Positions 8,574 through 19,306 are shown, numbered from the stretch's first letter. The stretch: 64,000 nucleotides of DNA from Candidatus Caldarchaeales archaeon (GCA_039630085.1 JBCNVM010000007.1:16901-80900); one strand, 5' to 3'. The notes: generated from the sequence alone by a model not told the origin. Numbers and translations: made by a program.

Positions 8574-9067
8574 GCGTCCTCGCCGTCGAGGTAGTAGTGC
8601 TTGATCGTGTCGACGACGGAGAAGCCCAGCGACTCGTACATCCTGATCGCGGGGTTGTTGGTGACCCGGACCTCCAGAAAGACCTCGTCGCAGCGGTAGA
8701 CGTCCCTCATCGCCCTGATCGCCTCCAGCATCAGCGCCCTACCTATCCCCCTCCTCCTGTGCTCGGGGAGAACCGCTATCGAGATCACGTGTCCCAGCTT
8801 CCTGAACCGGAGCCCTCCGAACTTCGAGAACCCCCTCTCCACCCTGCACATGACGTACCCGACTATCCTGCCCTCGAGCTCCGCGACGACGAAGCTCTCG
8901 GGATGGGACTTCGCGACGCTGAGGAAGAACGAGTAGGTGTAGTTCTCGGGCAGGGTCAGCCTGTTGACGTTCATCACGTCCAGCAGGTCCTCCTCCCTGA
9001 CCGGCCTCAGGACGTACTGCGCGTCCTCGCGCCTAAGCACCTCCAAGAACGCCAGCCTCCCGACCAC
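8534..9067 (-). CDS. rimI: Ard1/RimI-type N-terminal acetyltransferase (GNAT)
   Basis: LPENY, GYVMCRVE, GHVISIAVLPEHRRRGIG, LEVRVTN, YYLDGEDAYVM; start approximate. Confidence 0.9.
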   Translation of the reverse strand: MVGRLAFLEVLRREDAQYVLRPVREEDLLDVMNVNRLTLPENYTYSFFLSVAKSHPESFVVAELEGRIVGYVMCRVERGFSKFGGLRFRKLGHVISIAVLPEHRRRGIGRALMLEAIRAMRDVYRCDEVFLEVRVTNNPAIRMYESLGFSVVDTIKHYYLDGEDAYVMALDLSGSLK

Positions 9068-9150
9068 GTGAGCCCCCGGACACTTAAGACTTTCCCGGAG
9101 ACCAATAACTTGATAAGACGGCCATCGGTTCAATCCTCTTAGGTTCTGCG

Positions 9151-9498
9151 GTGGTGATCTTGTCGTCCTCGGGGGGAGTCTCTCGTCCTAGGAGGTCAAC
9201 CAAGCAGCCCAAGCCCCAGCCCGCGGCGAAGCGGGAGCCCGCGAAGGCCCCCGAGGCCGAGCGGGTGGTCGTCGTGGAACTGATGGGGTGGAGGATCGAG
9301 CACGAGCTCCTCGACAGCGCAGAGGCCGAGCAGGTCCTCAACCGCTACAAGGCTACCCGCAACCAGCTGCCGAAGATCCTGGTCACGGACCCGGTCGTCA
9401 GGAAAATGGGCGCTAAGCCCGGCGATATCATAAAAATCACGAGGACCTCACCTACCGCAGGGTTGACCGTCTACTATAGGGTGGTGGAGGAGGCTTGA
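9151..9498 (+). CDS. rpo5: RNA polymerase subunit Rpo5 (H)
   Basis: HELL...QLPKILVTDPV...GAKPGDIIKITRTSPTAG...YYRVV; directly upstream of rpo2. Confidence 0.95.
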   Translation: MVILSSSGGVSRPRRSTKQPKPQPAAKREPAKAPEAERVVVVELMGWRIEHELLDSAEAEQVLNRYKATRNQLPKILVTDPVVRKMGAKPGDIIKITRTSPTAGLTVYYRVVEEA

Positions 9499-12400
9499 AG
9501 GCCAGGCCATCTCCTGAGTCCCTCACCCACGACGATCTCTGGGCCGTCGCGAAGGCCATCGTCGAGGAGGAAGGCCTGATCGCGCACCACTTCAGGTCCT
9601 ACGAGTACTTCGTCAGGGAGGGGCTCGAGAGGCTCCTCAGGAGCATGAGCCCCCAGGAGATCAAGACGAAGCAGGGCGTCGCGTACCTCTACTTCAGGGA
9701 ACCCGAGATAGGCCTGCCGACGATAAGGGAGGTCGACGGGTCGGAGAGGCACTACGTCACGCCCAACGAGTGCAGGCTGAGGAACATCAGCTACACCGCT
9801 CCGATCTACGTCAGGGTCACGCTCAAGCTCGACGACCAAGAGATCGTCAGGAGCGAGAGGGTTCAGATCGGGGTCCTGCCGATCATGGTGAAGTCCTCCG
9901 TCTGTCCCCTCAGCAGGATGTCCGAAGAGGAGCTCATCGCGATCGGAGAGGACCCCACCGACCCGGGGGGATACTTCATCATCAACGGCTCCGAGAGGGT
10001 CATAGTCGCGATCGAGGACCTAGCTCCCAACAAGGTCCTGATCACCTCGAAGGAGCAGGACGGAGGAGTCCAGTACTCGGCCGCGGTGATCTCGATCTCC
10101 TACGGGAGGCAGAGCAAGGTCGAGGTCACCTACAAGCCCGGCGGGCCGGTGAGGGTCTTCTTCGCGAAGATCCACAAGGGCATACCGCTGATCGTCATGC
10201 TGAGGGCCCTGGGGATGGAGAACGACAGGCAGATCGCGGAGTTCGTCTCGCCGCTCCCGGAGGTCCAGGAGATGCTTATCGAGAGCTTCAAGGAGGCGGA
10301 GGGGATCGAGGACAAGAAGGAGGCCCTGAGGTTCCTGGGGAACAGGGTCGCCTTCGGGTACGCGGAGGAGTACAGGATCGAGAGGGCGGAGCAGATGCTC
10401 GACAGCAACTTCCTCATCCACCTCGGCACGAACAAGGAGGCCAGGTTCAAGAAGGCCGTGATGCTCTGCGACGTGGTAGGGAAGCTCCTCGAGACGGCCG
10501 CGGGGATCAGGAAGCCGGACGACAAGGACCACTACGCCAACAAGAGGCTCAAGCTCGAGTCGCAGCTCCTGACGGAGCTCTACAGGTCCGCCCTCAACAA
10601 GCTCATCAGGGACATCAGGTACCAGCTCGAGAGGATACTCGTAACTAGGCAGCCCATCTCGCTCTCCACGTTCATCAGGCCCGGGATAGTGAACGACGTG
10701 GTCCTGACGGCCTTCTCCACGGGCAACTGGCCCGGGGGGAGGGTGGGAGTCACGCAGATACTCAACAGGACCAACTACCTCGCGACCGTCAGCCACCTGA
10801 GGAGGGTCCAGAGCCCTCTGAGCAGGAGCCAGCCCCACTTCGAGGCCAGGGACCTCCACGGGACCCACTGGGGGAGGATATGTCCAGCCGAGACGCCCGA
10901 GGGCGCGAACGCGGGACTGGTCAAGAACTTGGCCCTCGGTGCAGAGGTCACGGTGCCGCTCCTGAAGGACGAAGAGGAGGGCCTCAGGGAGAGGCTCTGG
11001 AAGCTCGGGCTGGTCAGCCTGATGGCGGTCATCGAGAAGAGGACGGCGGCGAGGAGGAAGGAGCTCAGGACCAAGGTCTACATCAACGACGAGCTGATCG
11101 GGTACCACCCTGACGGGAGGAAGCTCGTGAGGGAGCTGAAGAGGATGAGGAGGAGCGGCGAGGTCAGCCAGTCCGTCAACGTCCTCTTCAGGGAGTACGA
11201 ACACCTCTCGGAGGTCTACATCTACTCCGACGAGGGAAGGGTCAGGAGGCCCCTGGTGGTCGTTGAGGACGGCGAGGTCAAGCTCAAGCGGCACATGGCC
11301 GAGTCCGTCGCGCAGGGGACGCTGAAGTCGAGGGACCTGACAGCGATGGGGGTGATCGAGTACCTCGACGCCAGCGAGGAGGACAACGCCTACACGGCCC
11401 TCAGGCCGGAGGACGTCACCAAGTCCCACGACTACCTCGAGATAAGCCCGCTGATGATGATGGGCGTCGTGGCCGGGATCATCCCCTTCAGCAACCACAA
11501 CCAGTCGCCTAGGAACGTCTACGAGGCCTCGATGGCGAAGCAGGCCCTCGGCCTCCCCGCGATCTCGTATCCGGTCAGGACCGACAGCAGGCTCCACGTG
11601 ATGATCTACCCGCAGAAGGCCCTCGTCAAGACGAAGGTGATGGACCTCCTCGGGCTCGACAGGAGGCCGATAGGTCAGAACTTCGTCGTCGCGGTGCTGA
11701 CGGGATACGGCTACAACATCGAGGACGCGGTCGTGCTGAACAGGTCCGCGATCGAGAGGGGACTCGCGGTCACGATGAGCTACAGGACCTACGAGGTCGA
11801 GGCCAGGCAGTACCTCGGCGGCGAGAAGGACAGGGTCGCGGTGCCGGACCCGAACGTCAGGGGCTACAGGGGCGAGCAGTACTACAGGGTCCTCGACAGG
11901 GACGGCCTCGCGGTCCCCGAGTCCGAGGTCACCGACGGCATGGTCCTCGTCGGGGTCGTCAGCCCGCCCAGGTTCATGGAGGAGTACGTCAGGACGCCGG
12001 CCAGGGAGATGGTCTGGAGGGACGCCTCGGAGGCGGTGAGGCCCTCAGAGGTCGGGATCGTCGACGAGATATTCGCCTCGAGGACCGTCGAGGGCAACGC
12101 GCTCATCAAGCCCAGGGTCAGGGCCCTCTGCTTCCCCGAGATCGGCGACAAGTTCGCTTCCAGGCACGGCCAGAAGGGCGTGATCGGGATGGTCTTCCAG
12201 CAGGCCGACCTCCCCTACACCGAGAGCGGGATCGTCCCGGACCTCATCATCAACCCGCACGCCTTCCCGTCCAGGATGACGGTCGGCCAGCTGATCGAGA
12301 GCCTCGCGGGGAAGCTCGCAGCGCTGAGGGGCGAGCCGGTGGACGGCTCTCCGTTCGTCGGGAAGGGCCTCGAGGAGATCAAGAGGGAGCTGGAGGAGCT

Positions 12401-12881
12401 GGGGTTCAGGAGCACCGGGACCGAGGTGATGTACGACGGCCTCACCGGGAGGCGGTACGAGGTCGAGGTCTTCATAGGCGTCACTTTCTACCAGAGGCTC
12501 CACCACCTCGTCAGGGACAAGATCCACGCGAGGTCCAGGGGCCAGGTCCAGATGCTCACCCGCCAGCCGACCGAGGGCAGGGCGAGGGGAGGGGGCCTGA
12601 AGTTCGGGGAGATGGAGAGGGACTGCCTCCTCGCCTACGGCGCGAGCTACCTGCTCCTCGACAGGCTCCTCGAGCAGTCCGACAAGTACACCGTCTACTT
12701 CTGCGAGAAGTGCGGGCTCGCGGCCTACTACGACCTGAAGCAGGAGAGGCTCGTCTGCCCGATCCACGGGAAGAACCCGCCCGCGAAGCCGGTCACGCTC
12801 TCCTACGCCTTCTACCTGCTGCTGAACGAGCTGCTCTCGATGGGCATCTACCCGAAGGTCGTCCTGGAGGAGGTGGCCTGA
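9495..12881 (+). CDS. rpo2: RNA polymerase subunit Rpo2 (B, unsplit)
   Basis: GGYFIINGSERV, CPAETPEG, GDKFASRHGQKG, RQPTEGRARGGGLKFGEMERD, C-terminal Zn site. Confidence 0.98.
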   Translation: MKARPSPESLTHDDLWAVAKAIVEEEGLIAHHFRSYEYFVREGLERLLRSMSPQEIKTKQGVAYLYFREPEIGLPTIREVDGSERHYVTPNECRLRNISYTAPIYVRVTLKLDDQEIVRSERVQIGVLPIMVKSSVCPLSRMSEEELIAIGEDPTDPGGYFIINGSERVIVAIEDLAPNKVLITSKEQDGGVQYSAAVISISYGRQSKVEVTYKPGGPVRVFFAKIHKGIPLIVMLRALGMENDRQIAEFVSPLPEVQEMLIESFKEAEGIEDKKEALRFLGNRVAFGYAEEYRIERAEQMLDSNFLIHLGTNKEARFKKAVMLCDVVGKLLETAAGIRKPDDKDHYANKRLKLESQLLTELYRSALNKLIRDIRYQLERILVTRQPISLSTFIRPGIVNDVVLTAFSTGNWPGGRVGVTQILNRTNYLATVSHLRRVQSPLSRSQPHFEARDLHGTHWGRICPAETPEGANAGLVKNLALGAEVTVPLLKDEEEGLRERLWKLGLVSLMAVIEKRTAARRKELRTKVYINDELIGYHPDGRKLVRELKRMRRSGEVSQSVNVLFREYEHLSEVYIYSDEGRVRRPLVVVEDGEVKLKRHMAESVAQGTLKSRDLTAMGVIEYLDASEEDNAYTALRPEDVTKSHDYLEISPLMMMGVVAGIIPFSNHNQSPRNVYEASMAKQALGLPAISYPVRTDSRLHVMIYPQKALVKTKVMDLLGLDRRPIGQNFVVAVLTGYGYNIEDAVVLNRSAIERGLAVTMSYRTYEVEARQYLGGEKDRVAVPDPNVRGYRGEQYYRVLDRDGLAVPESEVTDGMVLVGVVSPPRFMEEYVRTPAREMVWRDASEAVRPSEVGIVDEIFASRTVEGNALIKPRVRALCFPEIGDKFASRHGQKGVIGMVFQQADLPYTESGIVPDLIINPHAFPSRMTVGQLIESLAGKLAALRGEPVDGSPFVGKGLEEIKRELEELGFRSTGTEVMYDGLTGRRYEVEVFIGVTFYQRLHHLVRDKIHARSRGQVQMLTRQPTEGRARGGGLKFGEMERDCLLAYGASYLLLDRLLEQSDKYTVYFCEKCGLAAYYDLKQERLVCPIHGKNPPAKPVTLSYAFYLLLNELLSMGIYPKVVLEEVA

Positions 12882-12882
12882 G

Positions 12883-15800
12883 ATGGTGAAGGGCTCGATA
12901 GCAGCGATCAAGTTCGGGCTCCTCTCGCCGGAGATGATCCGGAGCATGGCCGTCGCTGAGATCTCCAACCCCGAGACCTACGACGAGGACGGTGCCCCGA
13001 TCGCGACCGGCGTGATGGACCCGAGGCTAGGGACCCTCGAGCCCGGACAGAGGTGCAAGACCTGCGGGAACACCTACCTTAACTGCCCCGGGCACTTCGG
13101 GTACATCGAGCTGGCAGTCCCGGTGATCCACATAGGCTACGTCAAGGTCATCCACGAGCTCCTCAGGTCGACGTGCAGGTCCTGCGGGAGGCTCCTGCTC
13201 TCCGAAGAGCAGATCTCCAAGCTCAAGGCCGAGGTCGAGAGGCTCAGGGCCGAGAACAGGCAGTACAGGCACGTCTTCTACAGGGCGAAGCAGACCGCGA
13301 TGTCGGCCAACGTCTGCCCGCACTGCGGCGAGAAGCAGGTCAAGGTCGAGCTGGAGAAGCCGATGACCTTCTACGAGGCGACAGCGCAGGGGATGGTGAG
13401 GCTGACCGCGAACGTCGTCAGGCAGAGGCTCGAGAAGATACCAGACGGGGACCTGGAGCTCCTCGACCTGGACCCGAAGAGCGCCCGACCCGAGTGGATG
13501 GTCCTGACGGTCCTTCCGGTGCCGCCGGTCTACGTGAGGCCCTCGATCACCCTCGAGACCGGTTACAGGTCCGAGGACGACCTCACCCACAAGCTCGTCG
13601 ACATCCTGAGGGTCAACCAGAGGCTGAGGGACGCGATAGCCTCGGGGGCGCCGTCCCCGGTGATAATCGAGCTGGCCGACCTGCTCCAGTACCACGTCAC
13701 GACCTACATCAACAACGAGGTCCCGAACCTGGCCCCTGCGCAGCACAGGTCCGGCAGGATCCTCAAGACGCTGGCCCAGAGGCTCAAGGGGAAGGAGGGG
13801 AGGTTCAGGCTCAACCTCTCCGGGAAGAGGGTCGACTTCTCCGCGAGGACCGTCATCTCGCCGGACCCGAACATCGACATCGACGAGGTCGGAGTCCCGA
13901 TAGAGGTCGCGATGCAGCTCACGGTCCCCGAGTCCGTGACGCCCTGGAACAGGGAGAAGCTCAAGCAGCTGGTCAGGAACGGCCCCTACAGTTACCCCGG
14001 GGCGAGGTACGTCGTGAGGCCCGACAAGAGGATCATCAGGCTGAAGTTCGTCCAGGACCTGAACGAGCTCGCGGAGCAGCTAGACGTCGGTTGGGTCGTC
14101 GAGAGGCACCTGATGGACGGGGACATAGTGCTCTTCAACAGGCAGCCCAGCCTCCACAGGATCTCGATCATGGCCCACAGGGTCAAGGTCCTCCCCTTCA
14201 AGACCTTCAGGCTGAACCTGATGGTCTGCACGCCCTACAACGCCGACTTCGACGGCGACGAGATGAACCTCCACGTCCCGCAGAGCGAGGAGGCCCAAGC
14301 CGAGGCCAGACTGCTGCTGCAGGTCCAGAGGAACGTGATCTCGCCGAGGTACGGAGCACCTATCATCGGCGCCATCAGGGACTTCCTCACCTCCTCCTAC
14401 CTGCTGACCGCGAAGGCTGAGCTCGACAAGCAGTTCGTCGGCTCCCTGCTCGCGGCCGCGGGCTACTCCGGACCTCTGCCCCCGCCGAAGGGGTCTGAAG
14501 GGAGGTGGAAGGGGTCCCAGGTCTTCAGCCTCCTGCTCCCGAGGGGCCTCAGCTACGAGGGTCAGGCCGCCTTCAGCCCGGACGACAGGGTTGTCGTTAG
14601 GAACGGTGAGCTGGTCGAGGGTTACGCCGACAAGGCGCTGATCGGCGTGGAGCGGCCCAACAGCCTCCTCCACAGGATCGCGAGGGACTACGGGCCCGAC
14701 GAGGTCGCGAGGTTCCTCAACTCCCTGATCAGGCTCGCGAACACCTACATCAACCTCAGGGGCTTCACGCTGGGCATCGAGGACCTCACGGTCCCGCCGA
14801 GGCTCTACGAGGAGAAGGCCAGGGTGATCGAGCTGATGGAGCGGGAGTACCAGAACCTCTGGAAGAGCTACGTCGATGGCACGATCGAGGTGGGACCCGG
14901 TCAGACGCCGGAGAGGGCCTTCGAGGGCCACCTCCTCGAGCTTCTCTCCAGGGTCAGGGACAGGATAGGCTCGACGATAAGGAAGCACTTCCCGCCGACC
15001 AACCCGATCGTCGTGATGGCCAGGGTGGGTGCGAGGGGGAGCAGCCTCAACATCGACCAGATGACCGCGATCGTCGGGCAGCAGGCCGTCAGGAGGGAGA
15101 GGCCGAGCAGGGGCTTCACCGACAGGGTCCTGTCCCACTTCAAGCCCGGCGACCTCTCGCCCCCGGCCAGGGGCTTCGTCTACGACGCGTTCATCACGGG
15201 CCTCGACCCGATCGAGTTCTTCTTCCACATGATGGGAGGGAGGGACGGGCTCGTCGACACCGCGGTGAGGACCCAGCAGAGCGGTTACATGCAGCGGAGG
15301 CTGATCAACGCGCTCGAGTCGCTCTACGTCGAGTTCGACGGCTCGGTCAGGACCTCCGACACCAAGCGGATCGTCCAGTTCGTCTACGGCGAGGACGGCG
15401 TCGACCCCGCGAAGAGCGACCACGGCATGCCCTTCACCCCGAGTGTGATAGTCGCGAAGGTCCTCGGCGAGGCCAAACCCTCCGGTCATCCGGCGATCGA
15501 GGAGGAGGTTGATAGGGTCGCCTCGGGCTACAGGGACCTCATCCCGCCGAGGTGGCTCGAAGAGCTAGTCAGGGCGGTGAAGGCCAAGAGGGTTCCCTCC
15601 GACGTCCTCGAGCAGGTCTTCAGGCTGGCCTACCAGGCCTACCTCCAGAGCCTCGTCGAGGTCGGCGACCCCGTCGGGATAGTCGCGGCCCAGTCGATAG
15701 GCGAGCCCGGGACCCAGCTGACGCTCAGGACCTTCCACTTCGCGGGGGTGAGGGAGCAGAGCATCCTCCTGGGACTTCCGAGGCTGATCGAGATCGTCGA

Positions 15801-16674
15801 CGCGAGGAGGGAGCCCTCGACCCCGATAATGAGGATCCACCTGAGGCCGCCGCACAGTTCAGACCCGAAGCTCGCGAAGCAGGTCGCGAGGAACATCCAG
15901 TCCACCTACCTCAGGGACGTCGTCACGTCCTTCAGCGTCGACCTGAGGAAGGGCCAGCTGGTGATGAAGCTGGACCCGGAGGCGATGAGGGAGCTCGGGG
16001 TCACCAGGAAGCACCTCGAGTCGGCCCTCAAGCAGTACTCCCCGCAGGTCCTGGAGAGGGAGCTCAGGGTCACGGTGCCGAAGGAGCACCTCACCGACGT
16101 GACATCGTTCAGGGAGAGCGTCCTCTCGGCGAAGGTGAAGGGCCTGAGGAAGATCACGAAGGCCATCGTGAAGCGGGAGGGCGACGAGTACTACATCGAG
16201 ACCGAGGGCTCCAACCTGAAGGATGTCCTGAGCGTCCCGGAGGTGGACCCGAGGAGGGTCAAGACCAACGACATCCACGAGGTCGCGGAGGTCCTGGGGA
16301 TAGAGGCCGCGAGGGCCCTCATCATCGACGAGATAGTCAACGTCCTGAAGGAGCAGGGGCTCGACGTGGACGTGAGGCACATCATGCTGGTGGCGGACAT
16401 GATGACCGTCGACGGCTCCGTCAAGCAGATCGGGAGGCACGGCGTCGTGAGGCTGAAGAGCAGCGTCCTCGCGAGGGCCGCGTTCGAGATAAGCGTCCAG
16501 ACCCTCCTCGAGGCGGCGATGAGGGGCGAGACGGACTACCTCAAGAGCAACGTGGAGAGGATACTGATGGGGAAGGAGGTGCCCGTCGGGACCGGGATGG
16601 TCCAGCTCCTGATGAGGTACGTCCCCCCGATGGGGTCTCAGCCCTCGGGAGAGCAGCAGAACAACGGGTCCTGA
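12883..16674 (+). CDS. rpo1: RNA polymerase subunit Rpo1, fused A'+A''
   Basis: CPGHFG, catalytic YNADFDGDEMN, SGYMQRRL, then A''-type AAQSIGEPGTQLTLRTFH and RAAFE in the same frame. Confidence 0.98.
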   Translation: MVKGSIAAIKFGLLSPEMIRSMAVAEISNPETYDEDGAPIATGVMDPRLGTLEPGQRCKTCGNTYLNCPGHFGYIELAVPVIHIGYVKVIHELLRSTCRSCGRLLLSEEQISKLKAEVERLRAENRQYRHVFYRAKQTAMSANVCPHCGEKQVKVELEKPMTFYEATAQGMVRLTANVVRQRLEKIPDGDLELLDLDPKSARPEWMVLTVLPVPPVYVRPSITLETGYRSEDDLTHKLVDILRVNQRLRDAIASGAPSPVIIELADLLQYHVTTYINNEVPNLAPAQHRSGRILKTLAQRLKGKEGRFRLNLSGKRVDFSARTVISPDPNIDIDEVGVPIEVAMQLTVPESVTPWNREKLKQLVRNGPYSYPGARYVVRPDKRIIRLKFVQDLNELAEQLDVGWVVERHLMDGDIVLFNRQPSLHRISIMAHRVKVLPFKTFRLNLMVCTPYNADFDGDEMNLHVPQSEEAQAEARLLLQVQRNVISPRYGAPIIGAIRDFLTSSYLLTAKAELDKQFVGSLLAAAGYSGPLPPPKGSEGRWKGSQVFSLLLPRGLSYEGQAAFSPDDRVVVRNGELVEGYADKALIGVERPNSLLHRIARDYGPDEVARFLNSLIRLANTYINLRGFTLGIEDLTVPPRLYEEKARVIELMEREYQNLWKSYVDGTIEVGPGQTPERAFEGHLLELLSRVRDRIGSTIRKHFPPTNPIVVMARVGARGSSLNIDQMTAIVGQQAVRRERPSRGFTDRVLSHFKPGDLSPPARGFVYDAFITGLDPIEFFFHMMGGRDGLVDTAVRTQQSGYMQRRLINALESLYVEFDGSVRTSDTKRIVQFVYGEDGVDPAKSDHGMPFTPSVIVAKVLGEAKPSGHPAIEEEVDRVASGYRDLIPPRWLEELVRAVKAKRVPSDVLEQVFRLAYQAYLQSLVEVGDPVGIVAAQSIGEPGTQLTLRTFHFAGVREQSILLGLPRLIEIVDARREPSTPIMRIHLRPPHSSDPKLAKQVARNIQSTYLRDVVTSFSVDLRKGQLVMKLDPEAMRELGVTRKHLESALKQYSPQVLERELRVTVPKEHLTDVTSFRESVLSAKVKGLRKITKAIVKREGDEYYIETEGSNLKDVLSVPEVDPRRVKTNDIHEVAEVLGIEAARALIIDEIVNVLKEQGLDVDVRHIMLVADMMTVDGSVKQIGRHGVVRLKSSVLARAAFEISVQTLLEAAMRGETDYLKSNVERILMGKEVPVGTGMVQLLMRYVPPMGSQPSGEQQNNGS

Positions 16675-16687
16675 ACTCCCCCGGCCC

Positions 16688-19306
16688 TTATTCGGTCCTC
16701 TCCGGGTCCTTCCTTCCTCTCTTCGCTCTGGGGACGCCGGAGGCCAGATAGGACGCGGCCCAGGCTCCCGCAGCGACCGTCGACCAGCCGTAGAGCCCCA
16801 GCGGGACCCTCAGGACCTCCTCCTCGGAGCCGGTGAGCTCCATCGGCGATCCGAGGCCCTCGACCCTGACCGCCCTCGGCGACGTCCCCACGACCTCGAG
16901 CTCGACCCTTCCGTCCCAGCCGGCGGTCGCCCTCCGCTCGACGACACCGAGCCCGTTGAGGAGCTCCACGCCGACTCCCGGCGCGGGCAGTCCGAAGACG
17001 TCCACCGCCTTCACCGAGACCGACCTCCTCAGGGGCCTCACCTCGTAGACCCCCTCGGAGGACTCGTGGACCTCGAGCCCTCCCGACTGGAGGACCGCTC
17101 CCCTCCAAGCGACCGCCTCGACGGACCACCCTCCGGACGGCAGAAGCGCCGGGACGTTCAGGGGCACTGCAACCGAGGGCCCTCCGAGGTCAACGAGGAC
17201 CGACCCTCCCTCGAGGCCACGGGTCGTGAAGGACACCGGCCTCAGCTCGACGTAGACCGCCTCCAGCTCGACCGCCGACTCCACGACCAGGGACCTCTGC
17301 GGGTTAAGGGTGCCGTCGGACCAGCCCGCGAACGCCCAGACGGAGCCCCCGGACTCGAGGAACGGAGGAGCCGAGACCGCGAGGACCGATCCCTTCCTCT
17401 CCCAGCCCTCATACCCGACGAGGCCGCCGAGCCTCACCCTGACCAGCGCCTCCTCGACCCAGTTCGCGACCAGTACGACCGGGCCTTCCACTATGACCTC
17501 CACCTCCCTCGAGTCGGGAGCGAACCGCCCTGTCCACCCGAGGAACCTGTAGCGGACGCCGGCGGGCAGGACGACCTGCTCCGGGACCGAGATCCTCAGC
17601 CTCGAGCCCTCGTCGAGCCAGGAGCTCATCGCGTGCTCCGGGACATCGGACCTCACGACCAGCAGGTACTGCCTCGCGTAGTTCGCGGTGACCGACGTCG
17701 GCCCCTTCACGACCAGCTGGGTCCTCGGGGAGCTCGGCGAGACGACGTCTCCCGTCCAGCCCCTGAAGCTGAGCCTCGTGCCGTTCCCGAACTCGACGGA
17801 CTCCTCGGCGACGACCTCTGCCCGATCACCCTCCCTCCGCCAGAGCTCCCTGACATCTCCGGTCCAGCCGTTGACCACCCTCACGAGGTGCTGCCTCTCC
17901 AGCATCGCGGCCGCGTCGACCGGCGCCCTCACGACCAGCTCCGTGACGGTGCCGTTGCTGATCGGGTCGAAGATTCCGATGCCCACGAGCCTCGTGCCGT
18001 TCCCGAAGTCGAGGACAGAGAAGCCCGTGAGCTCCTCGAGCCTCAGGGCCCTTCCCTCCTCCACCCAGCCCTCCCAGCTCCCCAGCGCCGAGAGGTCGAC
18101 CCTAACGTGGTAGAGCCTGACGTACGCCGCCCTCAGGCTTACAGGCCGCTGGACCGTCAACTCGAGCCGCGGGCCCTCGACCACCACGTCTCCCTCCCAG
18201 CCGAGGAACCTCAGACGCGTCCTGTTCCCGAAGTCGATCAGCTCGGGCGTCTCCACGACGACCCTCGAGCCCCTGTCGTGCCACTCCTCCCGCGCGGCGA
18301 CGGGAGTCTCGATTCTGACGAGGAACTGCGTGACGTACTTCGCTACCACGGTCATGTGGTCCCGCGGCCTTAAGACCAGAGTCGAGCTCCCGGAGACCTC
18401 CCTGCCGTTCGAGTACCACCCGACGAACCTGTAGCGCGTCCTCGGGTCACCGGAGCTCATGAACTCGCTCGAGGTCAGGCTGACCTGCTCTCCGGGCTCG
18501 ACCAGTATCTCATGCCTGAGCGTTGGAGGGCCGTCGTCTATCTGCGTCATCACCTTCACTCTGATCTTGATGGGGAACCCGTCGGGGCCGAGGAGGTACC
18601 TGTACGGGAGCGTCGAGGGGAGCGTGACCGAGCTCGGGACGCTGAAGCTCCCCGTCTGGAGCCAGGAGTAGGCGACCGCGAGGGCGTAGAGGTTCAGCGT
18701 CGAGGGCTTCGAGTCGCGGACGACGTACTGGTACATTAGGTCCTCGGAGCTGTCGGAGTGGTCGAGGCCCAGAGCGTGCCCGAGCTCGTGCGCGGTCACG
18801 ACCTTGATTAGGTTCGCGTCGGTCCCTACGCACCTCAGGGAGACCTCGACCCTCGAGTAGGTGATCTCCCTCGCCCGGCCGTACAGGTATGCCCTCCCGC
18901 AGACCCTGGGTCCCAAGTCGCCGACGAAGTGGACCGTGATGTCGCCCGAGGAGCCGTTGACGCCGCTCACGTAGGTCACCAGCCGCAGCGAGTTCAGGTG
19001 CTCGTGGCCGTAGAGGGCCGTGAAGACCCTGATCGACCTCGACCACCACCTCACCGCCTCGACCGCGAGCTCGGCGTAGATCGGGTTCTGGTCCGGGTGT
19101 ATCAGGACCGAGATCTCGCTCTTCCTCCAGGCCCCTATCAGCCCGATGGAGGGCGCGGGCGTGACGTCGAGGGCCTCCTCTACCTCGCTGAGGAGCGCGT
19201 ACCTGTATGCCTCCCACCAGTACTCGTTTGACGGGCCCGGATCCGGGACGATGACCAACAGGACGAGCGCCAGCGCTATCGCTGATCCCTTCCGCACCTC
19301 CCGCAC
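16688..19306 (-). CDS. Secreted matrixin/M10-like zinc metalloprotease with repeated beta-rich stalk and C-terminal membrane anchor
   Basis: Signal peptide, HELGHALGLDH zinc motif with Met-turn DLMY, repeated FGNxTRLxFxGWxG units, hydrophobic C-terminus plus basic tail. Confidence 0.85.
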   Translation of the reverse strand: MREVRKGSAIALALVLLVIVPDPGPSNEYWWEAYRYALLSEVEEALDVTPAPSIGLIGAWRKSEISVLIHPDQNPIYAELAVEAVRWWSRSIRVFTALYGHEHLNSLRLVTYVSGVNGSSGDITVHFVGDLGPRVCGRAYLYGRAREITYSRVEVSLRCVGTDANLIKVVTAHELGHALGLDHSDSSEDLMYQYVVRDSKPSTLNLYALAVAYSWLQTGSFSVPSSVTLPSTLPYRYLLGPDGFPIKIRVKVMTQIDDGPPTLRHEILVEPGEQVSLTSSEFMSSGDPRTRYRFVGWYSNGREVSGSSTLVLRPRDHMTVVAKYVTQFLVRIETPVAAREEWHDRGSRVVVETPELIDFGNRTRLRFLGWEGDVVVEGPRLELTVQRPVSLRAAYVRLYHVRVDLSALGSWEGWVEEGRALRLEELTGFSVLDFGNGTRLVGIGIFDPISNGTVTELVVRAPVDAAAMLERQHLVRVVNGWTGDVRELWRREGDRAEVVAEESVEFGNGTRLSFRGWTGDVVSPSSPRTQLVVKGPTSVTANYARQYLLVVRSDVPEHAMSSWLDEGSRLRISVPEQVVLPAGVRYRFLGWTGRFAPDSREVEVIVEGPVVLVANWVEEALVRVRLGGLVGYEGWERKGSVLAVSAPPFLESGGSVWAFAGWSDGTLNPQRSLVVESAVELEAVYVELRPVSFTTRGLEGGSVLVDLGGPSVAVPLNVPALLPSGGWSVEAVAWRGAVLQSGGLEVHESSEGVYEVRPLRRSVSVKAVDVFGLPAPGVGVELLNGLGVVERRATAGWDGRVELEVVGTSPRAVRVEGLGSPMELTGSEEEVLRVPLGLYGWSTVAAGAWAASYLASGVPRAKRGRKDPERTE

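Noticed and set aside
9770-16751. Many long alternative-frame and antisense ORFs within rpo2/rpo1 (and similar ones throughout the window)
   Set aside because: Arg/Gly/Pro-rich low-information translations typical of GC-rich shadow ORFs.
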